Assembly: GCA_043797665.1 (NCBI GenBank)
Contig: JAZDPL010000033.1
Coordinates: 1 to 38,254 of the forward strand
Source: Candidatus Omnitrophota bacterium
GTDB lineage: Bacteria > Ratteibacteria > UBA8468 > MWAK01
Length of the DNA stretch: 38,254 nt
Direction of reading: 5' to 3'
Shown here: one piece after another, positions 19,407-28,895 of the stretch
Numbering within the stretch: the stretch's first letter is position 1
Layout: each line of letters starts with the position of its first letter
Position numbers and translations under genes: made by a program
Notes under the pieces: generated by a model
The model's input: only the letters and a program-made list of their open reading frames with translations
What the model was told of the DNA's origin: nothing
Database searches by the model: none

Positions 19407-20961
19407 TCAACAGATAAATCTCAAAACTGCAGAAGAACTTCAACAAGTAATTTTACAAGAGAAGAAAAACGGAACTCCAGACGTAGAAATTGGCCAGAAA
19501 TATGGGGTTACATTCAAATATATTGAACGGCTTATTACTAAATCCCAGGGGCTCAACATCAGTGCCTTCAACATTTCTAAACGAATAAAAACCCTCCACC
19601 CCAAAGATTTTAAAGAAGAACAGACCACTGTCTGGAGTTTTAAACAGAGGGGCACCTGGGCAACTCACAGCGGAGAATACAGAGGTAATTGGTCTCCGTA
19701 TATTCCCCGGAACGCAATTCTAAAATACTCAAACCCCGGCGAATTGGTTTTGGATTATTTCTGCGGCGGCGGAACGACCGCGGTCGAAGCCAAACTGCTG
19801 GGCAGAAAGTGCACGGCGCTTGATATCAATGACAAAGCCATTGAATTGGCGAAGAAAAACCTGGATTTCAAGGTATCATCGTCTGAATTGCCCCTTCTTA
19901 TTAAAAACCCTAATCCGCAAATTTACGAACCAAAATTATTGGTTGGCGACGCCAGAAAGCTATCGTTTTTGCCGGACGACTCCGTAGATTTGATCTGCGC
20001 TCACCCTCCTTACGCAAATATTCTTCAGTATACAAATTCCAAGGATGGCGATTTATCGTTTTTGGATATAGATGAATTTTTGGAAGAAATGTCAAAGGTT
20101 GCCCGGGAAAGCTTTAGAGTATTAAAACCGGGAAAACAATGCGCAATTCTGATTGGAGATACAAGACGTAAAAAAAATGTAATTCCGTTGGGGTTTAGAT
20201 TTATTAGTACTTATTTGGACGCCGGATTCAAATTACGGGAACTGGTTATTAAGCGGCAGCATAACTGTAAAACCACCGGATTCTGGTATAATAACAGTAT
20301 AAAATACAACTTTCTTCTTTTAGCCCATGAATATCTCCCGATATTTGAAAAACCTCAAAAAATCGACTTTGAAGCAGTGAAGGAAAACATTGCCGGATAT
20401 CACGGTTCGCTATTTCCGGAATACACAAGACTACCTTTAAGTAAAAAACTTGAAAAATTTGAAACTACCACAGTTTGGTTACTACCCGAAAAAACTTCAG
20501 AGAAACAACTTAATAAAAATTTGGTAGAAAGATATTCCGGTGGAAATGGATACAAAACCGTTATACTAAACAATCAAGATGCTAATTCCGGGGGCAGTAA
20601 TTATAAAAGTAATAAAAAAAGAGGATTGTTATTAATAAAAACCAGCGTTGTTAATGTTTCAGATTCGCCTGCATTTACGGAAATGTACTTACAAAGCCTG
20701 AACAAGGTGATTTTTAAGGAAATAGGTGAAATCTACGATGATGGGTATGTGGTGCTACAAACATATGACGTGCGAATAAAAGGATATATTAAACCTTTGG
20801 CAAAAAAAATAGTCGACGTTTTGTCTCGTAGTTCTTTACTTTTAAAAGAGATTATTGTTTTAACAAGCGACAATTTAACTTCCAGCGCTGCCGCTCAATC
20901 CGATTTTCTTGTTAGAAATCACGAATATTTATTGGTATATCAGGTTAAAAGGGGGCATTAA
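19399..20961 (+). CDS. Amino (N4C/N6A) DNA methyltransferase, permuted, with degenerate C-terminal duplicate
   Basis: 'VLDYFCGGGTT' motif I precedes 'HPPY' motif IV; 'RVLKPGK', 'HEYL'. Confidence 0.85.
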   Translation: MANQQINLKTAEELQQVILQEKKNGTPDVEIGQKYGVTFKYIERLITKSQGLNISAFNISKRIKTLHPKDFKEEQTTVWSFKQRGTWATHSGEYRGNWSPYIPRNAILKYSNPGELVLDYFCGGGTTAVEAKLLGRKCTALDINDKAIELAKKNLDFKVSSSELPLLIKNPNPQIYEPKLLVGDARKLSFLPDDSVDLICAHPPYANILQYTNSKDGDLSFLDIDEFLEEMSKVARESFRVLKPGKQCAILIGDTRRKKNVIPLGFRFISTYLDAGFKLRELVIKRQHNCKTTGFWYNNSIKYNFLLLAHEYLPIFEKPQKIDFEAVKENIAGYHGSLFPEYTRLPLSKKLEKFETTTVWLLPEKTSEKQLNKNLVERYSGGNGYKTVILNNQDANSGGSNYKSNKKRGLLLIKTSVVNVSDSPAFTEMYLQSLNKVIFKEIGEIYDDGYVVLQTYDVRIKGYIKPLAKKIVDVLSRSSLLLKEIIVLTSDNLTSSAAAQSDFLVRNHEYLLVYQVKRGH

Positions 20962-22082
20962 TGCCAACTCCGGAAGAAATATACTTTGACTTTGCTTCGA
21001 AAATATCATTTTTTGAATTTTTGGAAAGAGACCTCAGACCCGCCAATATTCCCATCGCTGATTTTCAAAGAGAAATCGCCGCGCTCTCGTCAAGGACAAA
21101 TTGGACCATCAATGTTCTATCAGACTACATAAAAAATAACCCAAAGAGTTTTCGACTATTTGAAGCAATTTTTCAGCTTTTGCGTTTCACGAATGCTCAA
21201 CTTATCCATTTTCTTTTTGATGTGGCTAAACTCAACATTCCGAATTTAGAATCCATTTATGAATATATGATTTTGAATCTCAAAAATGATCCGGAACTCC
21301 TGGAAACATATAAAAACCTGATAAAATCCAAAGTTGACGATGAAGCATTTTTTAACGTTCTTGACACATGTGAAAAGAAATATTCGGTTGCTATTTTCAA
21401 AATGGCAATTTCAAAATATATAAAAAGAGCCTCGGAGAACATTCAATTGATTGAAACAAGAATAAGCAAGGCGGAGTTTAACGATTGTTCAATCAGGATG
21501 GCAAACTATTTTCTTACAAATTTGAAGATTAATGAGATTATTGGTGCCATAAACGTGGAAAGATTTTTACGAAATAAGCAGGTACCGATTGATAATAAGG
21601 CTCTTCACGGAAACTACGCAAAGGCAAAAATAATAAAAATACTTGAAGGAAATGGATATATTAACCTCGATGGTTTTTATAGCCAACAAAACATAACAAC
21701 CTTAAAATTGGACGAAAATTTGTTGGCTTCGGGAAGTAAATTCTATTGCACTGAAAAGTATGTGGAGGGCATAATAAAGCCAAAAGATAATAAGTTAAAA
21801 AAATTCGATTTGATAATCTTAAGCGGCGGCAAGCCGAAGCACCTTTTCGAAATTAATTTTTATTCCACCGAAGGAACGAAAATAGGCATAAACCAAGGCG
21901 AATACATAGATCTCAGCAATCTTATCAAAAAGAAATTCACTCGATGTAATTTCTACTGGATAACCGATGGTAATTATTGGCTGACCTCCCAGGGTAAGGT
22001 AAGATTCACCCATTTGTTGGATTCCTTTGGACAAATACTGAATATAACCATCTTTGCGGAAAAAGTAGGTGATTTTGCATAA
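20961..22082 (+). CDS. DpnII/MboI-family type II restriction endonuclease
   Basis: 'KKFDLII...FEINFYSTEGTK...EY...FYWITDGNYW' matches the DpnII-family core; TAATG coupling to the MTase. Confidence 0.8.
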   Translation: MPTPEEIYFDFASKISFFEFLERDLRPANIPIADFQREIAALSSRTNWTINVLSDYIKNNPKSFRLFEAIFQLLRFTNAQLIHFLFDVAKLNIPNLESIYEYMILNLKNDPELLETYKNLIKSKVDDEAFFNVLDTCEKKYSVAIFKMAISKYIKRASENIQLIETRISKAEFNDCSIRMANYFLTNLKINEIIGAINVERFLRNKQVPIDNKALHGNYAKAKIIKILEGNGYINLDGFYSQQNITTLKLDENLLASGSKFYCTEKYVEGIIKPKDNKLKKFDLIILSGGKPKHLFEINFYSTEGTKIGINQGEYIDLSNLIKKKFTRCNFYWITDGNYWLTSQGKVRFTHLLDSFGQILNITIFAEKVGDFA

Positions 22083-22124
22083 AACCCAAATATAACTTCC
22101 TTAAGTATTTTACAGAGGAAAGGG

Positions 22125-23240
22125 ATGAATTCACAAGAAAGGCTTAAGGCGGTACTGGCGGGAAAATTGCCGGACCGGGTGCCGATTTCAAGCTACGAAC
22201 TGTGCGGGTATAACAGCAAGGCGTTTGAGAATAATGACCCCTCCTACGCCAAGCTGATGGAGAGCATCCGGGAAAAGACCGACTGTATCTGTATGTGGAA
22301 CCCCGGTTCCAACGCAACCTTGCTGGAATCGTCCTATCCGGTCAAGACCGAAGTGGAGCAGAAAAAGGAGGGGGACTTTACGGTTACCCATACGGTATTC
22401 CACACTCCCAAGGGAGACATCAGACAGACTACCAAGGTTATGGACAACGTCCATACGACCTGGGAGACGGAACACCTGTGTAAAAACACCGATGACGTGG
22501 ACAAAGCCCTTTCGGTTCCGTATGAGCCGGTCTCCTATGATGCTTCAGATTTTGCCCGGATAAAAGAAGAGGTGGGTAAAAACGGAATTATTATGGCTTC
22601 CCTGGCTGACCCGCTCTGCGCGGCTGCGCCTTTAATGGAGTTCGGCGCCTACACGGTCTGGGCGATGACCGAAACAGAACATTTTGCCAGAACGATAACG
22701 ATTATCTGGGAAAGGATGAAGGAAAATCTGAAACGGATGCTGGGATCTAACGTGTCTGACCTCTACCGGATCTGCGGTCCGGAGTATGCCACGCCGCCTT
22801 ACCTGCCGCCCCGGTTCTTTCAGGAATTTGTGGTTCCGTACGTTGCGGAAATGGTTGATTTAATCCATCAGAAAGGGGCAAAAGCCCGGCTCCACTGCCA
22901 CGGCAGAATCAGAAAGGTCTTAGATATGATTTTAGATACAGGGGCTGACGGTATTGACCCCTGCGAAGCGCCTCCGGACGGTGATATCACCCTGGCGGAA
23001 ATAAAGGGACGAACCGATTCCAAGATATGCCTCTTTGGAAATCTGCAGTTAAAACTATTGGAACAGGGAACCGAGAAAGAGGTGGAAACCGCGGTAAAGG
23101 AATGTATGTCCTCGGCAAAAGAAGGCGGCGGTTACGTAATCCTGCCCACCGCGGCACCCATCAATTCTCCCTTGGCAGGAAAGACGGAGAAGAACTACCT
23201 TCGCTTTATAGACACTGCTCTGGAGTATGGAAAATATTGA
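22125..23240 (+). CDS. Uroporphyrinogen decarboxylase (URO-D/MtaA-like) family protein
   Basis: 'MNSQERLKAVLAGKLPDRVP', 'LHCHG', 'CLFGNL', 'GGYVILP'. Confidence 0.85.
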   Translation: MNSQERLKAVLAGKLPDRVPISSYELCGYNSKAFENNDPSYAKLMESIREKTDCICMWNPGSNATLLESSYPVKTEVEQKKEGDFTVTHTVFHTPKGDIRQTTKVMDNVHTTWETEHLCKNTDDVDKALSVPYEPVSYDASDFARIKEEVGKNGIIMASLADPLCAAAPLMEFGAYTVWAMTETEHFARTITIIWERMKENLKRMLGSNVSDLYRICGPEYATPPYLPPRFFQEFVVPYVAEMVDLIHQKGAKARLHCHGRIRKVLDMILDTGADGIDPCEAPPDGDITLAEIKGRTDSKICLFGNLQLKLLEQGTEKEVETAVKECMSSAKEGGGYVILPTAAPINSPLAGKTEKNYLRFIDTALEYGKY

Positions 23241-23835
23241 AACGGAAAAGCCGGAAGCCGAACTGGTAGTCAGGGCGAAGATTGGTGACCATCCGGCTTT
23301 TGAAAAATTACTGAAGAAATACGAAGTCCGGATATATAACTTAGCCTACCGGATGTTGGGCAACCGTTCCGATGCGGCTGACGTTTTACAGGAAGCGGCT
23401 CTTAAGGCTTACCAGGCTTTGCCCCGGTTTCAGGGACGTTCCAGTTTCGGCACCTGGTTCTACCGGATTGCCGCCAACCTGTGTCTGGTCCGGCTCCGCA
23501 GCCATAAAAAGGTACCTTTTTCGCTTGATACGATGTTAAGCAAAAAGGGAAGTAGCCAGGAAGAAGAAAAGACCTTTGAAATTGCAGACTGGTCCCACAA
23601 TCCGGCCGCTTCCTTAGCCAATAAGGAACTACATAAAATCCTTTCGGATAGTATCGCCACCCTGCCGGCTATTTATCGTTCGCCTTTTGTTCTCTACGAA
23701 ATGGAGGATCTGCCGGTTAAACAAATCAGCGAAGTTCTCCGAATCAGCGAACCCGCGGTCAAGACAAGGCTCCACCGCAGCCGCCTCCTTTTGCGGGAGA
23801 AACTTTCCGAATATTTTGAGCATCTAAAAAAATGA
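23227..23835 (+). CDS. ECF RNA polymerase sigma factor
   Basis: 'DAADVLQE', 'SSFGTWFYRIAAN', region 4 'AVKTRLHRSR'. Confidence 0.92.
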   Translation: MENIETEKPEAELVVRAKIGDHPAFEKLLKKYEVRIYNLAYRMLGNRSDAADVLQEAALKAYQALPRFQGRSSFGTWFYRIAANLCLVRLRSHKKVPFSLDTMLSKKGSSQEEEKTFEIADWSHNPAASLANKELHKILSDSIATLPAIYRSPFVLYEMEDLPVKQISEVLRISEPAVKTRLHRSRLLLREKLSEYFEHLKK

Positions 23836-23848
23836 CCCCCTGCAGGGG

Positions 23849-23911
23849 ATCATTCCGGCATGCTTTAAGCCGGAATCTACTGGATTCCCGATTAAGACAC
23901 TCGGGAATGAC
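23849..23911. repeat. REP-like family B
   Basis: TCATTCCGGC...GCCGGAATC / GGATTCCCGA...TCGGGAATGAC. Confidence 0.8.
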
Positions 23912-23920
23912 AGGTTAACT

Positions 23921-24253
23921 ATGGTTATAATGTGCCGCAGGTACTGGATTTCTTTTCCCGCCTATCTGGAAGATGACATAAATCCGGATTTAAGCCAGAT
24001 TTTAAAGAGACATTTAGCGGTCTGCCCGGCCTGTCTTGCCCGGTTAGAAACACTTCGCAAGACGATTGACCTCTGCCATGAGTTACCCCTCCTTCCGGTT
24101 CCGGACGAACTACACCGGAAGATTATGGAAAGTCTGCCGGTGAGCGTGAAACTAACGTCTTTCACCATGCATCTGATTATCCGGAAGAGTAAAATGAGAA
24201 AAGGGAGAAAAAAAAGAAAAAATGACACCCGGCAATGCCGGGTGTCATCCTGA
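23921..24253 (+). CDS. zf-HC2 (ZAS) anti-sigma factor
   Basis: 'C.......AYLED...HLAVCPAC' HxxxCxxC motif, downstream of the ECF sigma. Confidence 0.8.
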   Translation: MVIMCRRYWISFPAYLEDDINPDLSQILKRHLAVCPACLARLETLRKTIDLCHELPLLPVPDELHRKIMESLPVSVKLTSFTMHLIIRKSKMRKGRKKRKNDTRQCRVSS

Positions 24254-24364
24254 GCACGGGTTCCCTTTCCCTCGGATGCGGGTTCCCTTACCCTTGAATG
24301 GGTAAGGGGAAAGGGTAGCGAAGGATCTAAAGGACGAGATTCTTCGGCTTTGCCTCAGAATGAC
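24244..24364. repeat. REP-like family C with two nested 31-nt hairpin units (24256-24315, 24278-24308)
   Basis: Comparison with the uninterrupted copy at 25898 exposes the inserts. Confidence 0.8.
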
Positions 24365-24379
24365 ATAAAGTGCACGAAT

Positions 24380-24595
24380 ATGCCTATCTTCTGTTATCGG
24401 TGCAAAACATGCGGGTTCTATTTTGAGAATCTGGTGCGGTCGGAAAATGACGAACCGCAAGACTGCCCCAAGTGTCCCGGAAAAGTAAAGAAAGAATTCG
24501 CCCCTTTTGCCATCGGCAAAGGCAGTTCCCCTTCATCCAGACGCAGTTCCTGTGCCGGCTGCGGCGCCGGCTCCTGCCGGAGTTGCCACAAATAA
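24380..24595 (+). CDS. FmdB-family zinc ribbon protein
   Basis: 'MPIFCYRCKTCGFYFE...CPKC', Cys-rich tail. Confidence 0.85.
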   Translation: MPIFCYRCKTCGFYFENLVRSENDEPQDCPKCPGKVKKEFAPFAIGKGSSPSSRRSSCAGCGAGSCRSCHK

Positions 24596-24620
24596 GGGGT
24601 TGCTAAATAATAAAATCCCA

Positions 24621-25358
24621 ATGGAAATCAAGGGATTCCTTAAGACTTCTTTTATTGACTATCCGGGTGAGGTATCAGCGGTAATCTGGACCCCCGGTTG
24701 TAATTTCCGATGCCCTTTCTGTTATAATACCGACCTGGTTCTGAACCCTGCCTCCCTTCCGTCTTACCAGGAAGAAGAAATCTTAAATCACCTGAACAAA
24801 GAAAAGAAGTTCCTTGACGGCCTGGTTATTACCGGCGGAGAACCCTTTCTTCAGAAAGACCTCCCTGACTTTATCAGAAAGGTCAAGAAGAAAAACTTCC
24901 TGGTAAAAATAGATACCAACGGCTCATTTCCGGAACTCCTCCGGAACCTCACCGGACAGAACCTGGTAGATTTCGTCAGCCTGGACATCAAAGCGCCTTT
25001 AGAGGAAGAAAAGTATTGCCTGGCAGCCGGACTGGGAACAAAAGAAGTCCAGGATACCCTTGCTAATGTAATCCAGACCATTGACTTACTTCTCGCTTTG
25101 ACGGTAGAATATGAACTGCGCACTACGGTGGCGCCGGGTATTTTGACCGAGGAAGATTTCCTAAAAATAGGCCGATTTGTCAAAGGACGAAGTAAAGAAG
25201 GGGTTCTGCCCAAACGTTATGCGATTCAAAACTTCTTTCCGGCACCTACCATAAATCCGGAATTCAGCACTAAAGAACCCTGGCTACCGGAAAGGATAAA
25301 AGGACTCAAAGAGAAATTACAGCCATTTTTTCAGGAAGTTCTTATCCGGAGCAGGTAG
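24621..25358 (+). CDS. nrdG: Anaerobic ribonucleoside-triphosphate reductase activating protein (radical SAM)
   Basis: 'SFIDYPG', 'GCNFRCPFCYN', 'ITGGEP', 'KIDTNGS', 'LDIKAP', 'ELRTT'. Confidence 0.85.
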   Translation: MEIKGFLKTSFIDYPGEVSAVIWTPGCNFRCPFCYNTDLVLNPASLPSYQEEEILNHLNKEKKFLDGLVITGGEPFLQKDLPDFIRKVKKKNFLVKIDTNGSFPELLRNLTGQNLVDFVSLDIKAPLEEEKYCLAAGLGTKEVQDTLANVIQTIDLLLALTVEYELRTTVAPGILTEEDFLKIGRFVKGRSKEGVLPKRYAIQNFFPAPTINPEFSTKEPWLPERIKGLKEKLQPFFQEVLIRSR

Positions 25359-25370
25359 AAGGAGGTCAAC

Positions 25371-25889
25371 GTGGAACGGATAAAAAAGAAAGGAAAGCTC
25401 TGGGTTTTGGTTCTATCCGTATTACTCCTGTCGGGCGGATTACTCTTCGGCCAGCAGTCAAAAGGGGGCCGGCTTGATAAACCAGCTCCTGACTTTACCG
25501 CCACGCTTCTGGACGGTAAGACACTCAGTTTGAACAGTCTAAAAGGAAAAATCGTCATCCTGAACTTCTGGGCAACCTGGTGTCGGCCCTGCCGGAATGA
25601 AATTCCGGAATTCATTAAATTTTACCAGGCGCATGCCAGACAGGGCGTAGAAATACTTGGCATCAGCGTTGACGAAGATGAGTCGTCTTTACGCCAGTTT
25701 GTCCAGACTTCCAAAATCAGATATCCCATCACTCAGGATAAGAGCGGCCAGATCTCATCGTTATACGGAGGTATCCGCTCTATTCCTACCACCTTTGTTA
25801 TCGACCGCAAAGGTGTAATACGAAACAAATTCGTGGGCTCGCTTAAGGAAGACCAACTCATTCAGGCACTTCAGCCATATCTAAAATGA
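25371..25889 (+). CDS. TlpA/ResA-like thiol:disulfide oxidoreductase, exported
   Basis: Signal/anchor segment, 'APDF', 'NFWATWCRPC', 'IPTTFVID'. Confidence 0.9.
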   Translation: MERIKKKGKLWVLVLSVLLLSGGLLFGQQSKGGRLDKPAPDFTATLLDGKTLSLNSLKGKIVILNFWATWCRPCRNEIPEFIKFYQAHARQGVEILGISVDEDESSLRQFVQTSKIRYPITQDKSGQISSLYGGIRSIPTTFVIDRKGVIRNKFVGSLKEDQLIQALQPYLK

Positions 25890-25897
25890 CGTCCTTT

Positions 25898-25952
25898 GTC
25901 ATCCTGAGCGGTAGCGAAGGATCTCGAGATTCTTCGCCTTGCTCAGAATGAC
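25898..25952. repeat. REP-like family C, minimal uninterrupted copy
   Basis: GTCATCCTGAGCGGTAGCGAAGGATCTCGAGATTCTTCGCCTTGCTCAGAATGAC long imperfect palindrome. Confidence 0.85.
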
Positions 25953-25964
25953 AGTAGGAGAAGT

Positions 25965-26786
25965 ATGGAACTGTGTGTCTCAACTTTTATCTGTTATAAG
26001 GAATCCTTGACGGAACTCCTGCCGGTTTTTGCAAAAAGCGGGGTAAAAAACCTGGAGTTGTGGGGCGCCTTTTCCTTCGGAAGCGAACTCCACTTCCCGT
26101 ACTGGAAACCCGGATTTATAGAGACGTTCCAGAAAGTTCTGGTTCAAAACGGATTGCAAGCCAATACCCTCCATGCCCCTTTCAGTGAGATACTTGACCT
26201 CTCCACGCGGAATGAGAGACACCGGATAGCAGCGGTAGAAGAAGTCAAGAGAGCAGCCAATATTTTCCGGAAGTTACCGGAGGCTAAAACTGTTATCGTA
26301 CACCCGGGCGGATTTATTACCAATCCTGACAGGGAAAAAGAACGGCTGAACCAAAGCCGTAAAAGTATCACGGAACTGGCATCTTTTTTGAGTGGATTGA
26401 AATTAAATTTAGCGGTAGAAAATATGCTGCCCGAACTAATCGCCTGGACATATTCTGATCTGGAATTTTTAACCGAAGGACTACCTAACACCGGTATCTG
26501 CCTGGATACCGGCCACGCCTTCATCTCCGGAAACCTGAAAGAACTTATCCGGGAATTCGGGGAAAATATCATCACTTATCATATCTCTGACACCTTTGAT
26601 TCCCAGGACAGACATCTCCTTCCTTACGAAGGAAGCGTTGATTGGGACTACTTCAAAAAGACCGCTTTAGACAATAAGGAACCGGCCCTTTTGACTTTTG
26701 AAACGCGTACCCGGGGGGAATTAAAAAAAGCCCTGAAAGAAGTCACGTCGTCATTTAGGAGGTTAAATGGAGACAATCTTAACTGA
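25965..26786 (+). CDS. Sugar phosphate isomerase/epimerase (xylose-isomerase-like TIM barrel)
   Basis: 'TLHAPF', 'VHPG', 'AVENM', 'CLDTGH', 'HISD', 'DRHLLP'. Confidence 0.85.
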   Translation: MELCVSTFICYKESLTELLPVFAKSGVKNLELWGAFSFGSELHFPYWKPGFIETFQKVLVQNGLQANTLHAPFSEILDLSTRNERHRIAAVEEVKRAANIFRKLPEAKTVIVHPGGFITNPDREKERLNQSRKSITELASFLSGLKLNLAVENMLPELIAWTYSDLEFLTEGLPNTGICLDTGHAFISGNLKELIREFGENIITYHISDTFDSQDRHLLPYEGSVDWDYFKKTALDNKEPALLTFETRTRGELKKALKEVTSSFRRLNGDNLN

Positions 26787-27081
26787 GGCTAATTTTGAAA
26801 CGGAAGTGCGCGAAAGTACTCTCCCGGTTCTGGTTGATTTCTGGGCGGAATGGTGCAACCCCTGCCAGATGTTGGGTCCGATCGTAAGTCAGGTCGCCGA
26901 AGAGTATGCAGGGAAGGTGAAAGTAGCGAAACTGAACGTGGACGAAAACCCGAACATCGCCGGACAGTTCGGAATAATGGGCATTCCCACCCTGATTCTT
27001 TTTGTGGCGGGAGAGGAAAAAGAACGGCTGTCCGGGTTGGTTCCTAAAGAGCGTATTAGCAAACTGTTGGACAGCCTATGA
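26767..27081 (+). CDS. trxA: Thioredoxin
   Basis: 'VLVDFWAEWCNPC', 'KLNVDENP', 'GIPTL'. Confidence 0.93.
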   Translation: METILTEANFETEVRESTLPVLVDFWAEWCNPCQMLGPIVSQVAEEYAGKVKVAKLNVDENPNIAGQFGIMGIPTLILFVAGEEKERLSGLVPKERISKLLDSL

Positions 27082-28895
27082 AATACCCTGTCAGACCTTT
27101 GGTCTGCCACCCCTTTTACAAAAGGGGAATTGAATACCTTGCCACCATATTACTCTTTACCTTTTTTTATCTCCTGCCGGTCTTACCGGTGTCAGGACAG
27201 GAGTCTACCGAAAGTACCCAGACGCCAACACCGGTTGTCCAGGCGGACCCGGAAGAGTACTTAAATAAAGGCGTCGGATTTCTGGAAGCAAAAAATTACA
27301 AGGAAGCAATCGCGTCATTTGAGAAAGCCCTGGAAATTAAACCCGATTATGCGGAATCCTATTACAACTTAGCCATAACCTACTGGGAACAGAAACAGTA
27401 CCAGAAGACGATAACCAATCTCCAGAAGGTATTAGAATTAGAGCCTGAAAGTAACTTAGGTAAAAGGGCAGAAAAAGACTTAAGCCGCCTGAAATCAGCC
27501 GGTATAGGTATAATGACGGTAACGCCAAAACCTGAAGAGGTACCCAAGGTAAAACCGAAAGCCACCCTGGAAGAATTAACCGCGGATTTAGAGTTTGGTT
27601 CTACCAGCAAAAGGCGCGAGGCAGCCTGGAACTTGAGGCTCTTTTCGGAACCGGACGCGGTAGAAACACTCTGTAAATCAGCCCGAAAGACAGAAGAGGA
27701 ACCCCAGGTAAGGGTGACTGCAGTAGAATCTCTGAGTGAGCTCGCTGACCCCTTGTCAATTCCCACCCTAAAATTTCTGTTGGGAGAAAATTTCCCCGCG
27801 GAAGGAAAATTCGCCGCAGTTATAGGCTTGAGTAAGATGGAAACTCCGGAGAGCCTTGCGGTTATCCTTTCGGTCTGGGCCGGTTCCTGGCCCGGCGGAC
27901 TTACGGACAAAGAAGTGGTCGGACTGGTGCGAAAGTTGGGGAAAGAGGAATTTGCGGAAATCGTCCGGCCGGCATATCTCCAAGCCTCCGGAGAGAAGAA
28001 GATATATACTGCTTTAGCGTTAGGTCTAATGAAAGATGCAACCGGCGTCCCAGCCTTAGTAACCAAACTGAAAGAAGATTATCCGGCAGAGATAATGCAG
28101 ACACCCGCGCAATTAACCAGTTTCACCGCGCCTAAACAGCCAACCGGTGCCATCCCGGGTTTCCCCGGCGCATCTCTTCTACCATCCGGAGCCCCTCCAG
28201 GGATGCCGGGAGGACCTCCAGGTGCACCAGGAATGATTCCTCAAATACCAGCCGGACCACCCCAACCCACTCAATTAATAATCAAAGAAATGCCGGAAAG
28301 TGTTTCCGCCCGGAAGAATGAAGCGGCTTTGCGCGCAGAGATTGTGGAAATATTAGGTATCTGTGCCGGAGAGAAACAAACCCAATTTCTGGTTTACCTC
28401 TCCAAAAATGACCCGGAAAAAGAGGTGCGGGAATCTGCCGGAAAGGCGGCCCTGGTTCTCTCCGCCAGAATTACCAAATCCAAGGAATCCTACCAGAAAG
28501 CCCTGACGCTGGTCAAAGAGAACAAAATAGAAGAGGCTTTTCCTTTTATCCAGGCGGCTCTGAAAGAAAACCCTGATGCGGCCTACGCAGAAGAGATTAA
28601 GAAATTACAGGCAAAACTGAATTATCAGAAAGCGTGCAGCCTCCTGGAGGGCAAGAAAACCGAGGATATGGAGGACAAGGAAAAAGAGAAAGCAATCAGC
28701 CTTCTTCAGTCTGCTCTTAATTTAGACCCGGAAGCCTCGTTCCGGAAAGACGCAGAAGAAAAACTATCAAAGTTACAGGAAAGACCCGCAGCACCAGCCG
28801 GACCCGGCATGCCACCTGGCATGCCAGGTGGCGCCCTTCCTCCCGGCAGGCCGACACCCCCGAAAAGGGGACACGATACCATCGTGTCATCCTGA
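27078..28895 (+). CDS. Exported TPR + HEAT repeat protein with Pro/Gly-rich linkers
   Basis: Hydrophobic N-terminal segment, TPRs 'AIASFEKALEIKPDYAESYYNLA', HEAT repeats, PPGMPGG tracts. Confidence 0.8.
   Translation: MKYPVRPLVCHPFYKRGIEYLATILLFTFFYLLPVLPVSGQESTESTQTPTPVVQADPEEYLNKGVGFLEAKNYKEAIASFEKALEIKPDYAESYYNLAITYWEQKQYQKTITNLQKVLELEPESNLGKRAEKDLSRLKSAGIGIMTVTPKPEEVPKVKPKATLEELTADLEFGSTSKRREAAWNLRLFSEPDAVETLCKSARKTEEEPQVRVTAVESLSELADPLSIPTLKFLLGENFPAEGKFAAVIGLSKMETPESLAVILSVWAGSWPGGLTDKEVVGLVRKLGKEEFAEIVRPAYLQASGEKKIYTALALGLMKDATGVPALVTKLKEDYPAEIMQTPAQLTSFTAPKQPTGAIPGFPGASLLPSGAPPGMPGGPPGAPGMIPQIPAGPPQPTQLIIKEMPESVSARKNEAALRAEIVEILGICAGEKQTQFLVYLSKNDPEKEVRESAGKAALVLSARITKSKESYQKALTLVKENKIEEAFPFIQAALKENPDAAYAEEIKKLQAKLNYQKACSLLEGKKTEDMEDKEKEKAISLLQSALNLDPEASFRKDAEEKLSKLQERPAAPAGPGMPPGMPGGALPPGRPTPPKRGHDTIVSS

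Noticed and set aside
28140..28860. Pro/Gly-rich repeats (PPGMPGG) as collagen or a DNA tandem repeat
   Set aside because: No sustained Gly-X-Y periodicity; consistent with low-complexity linkers
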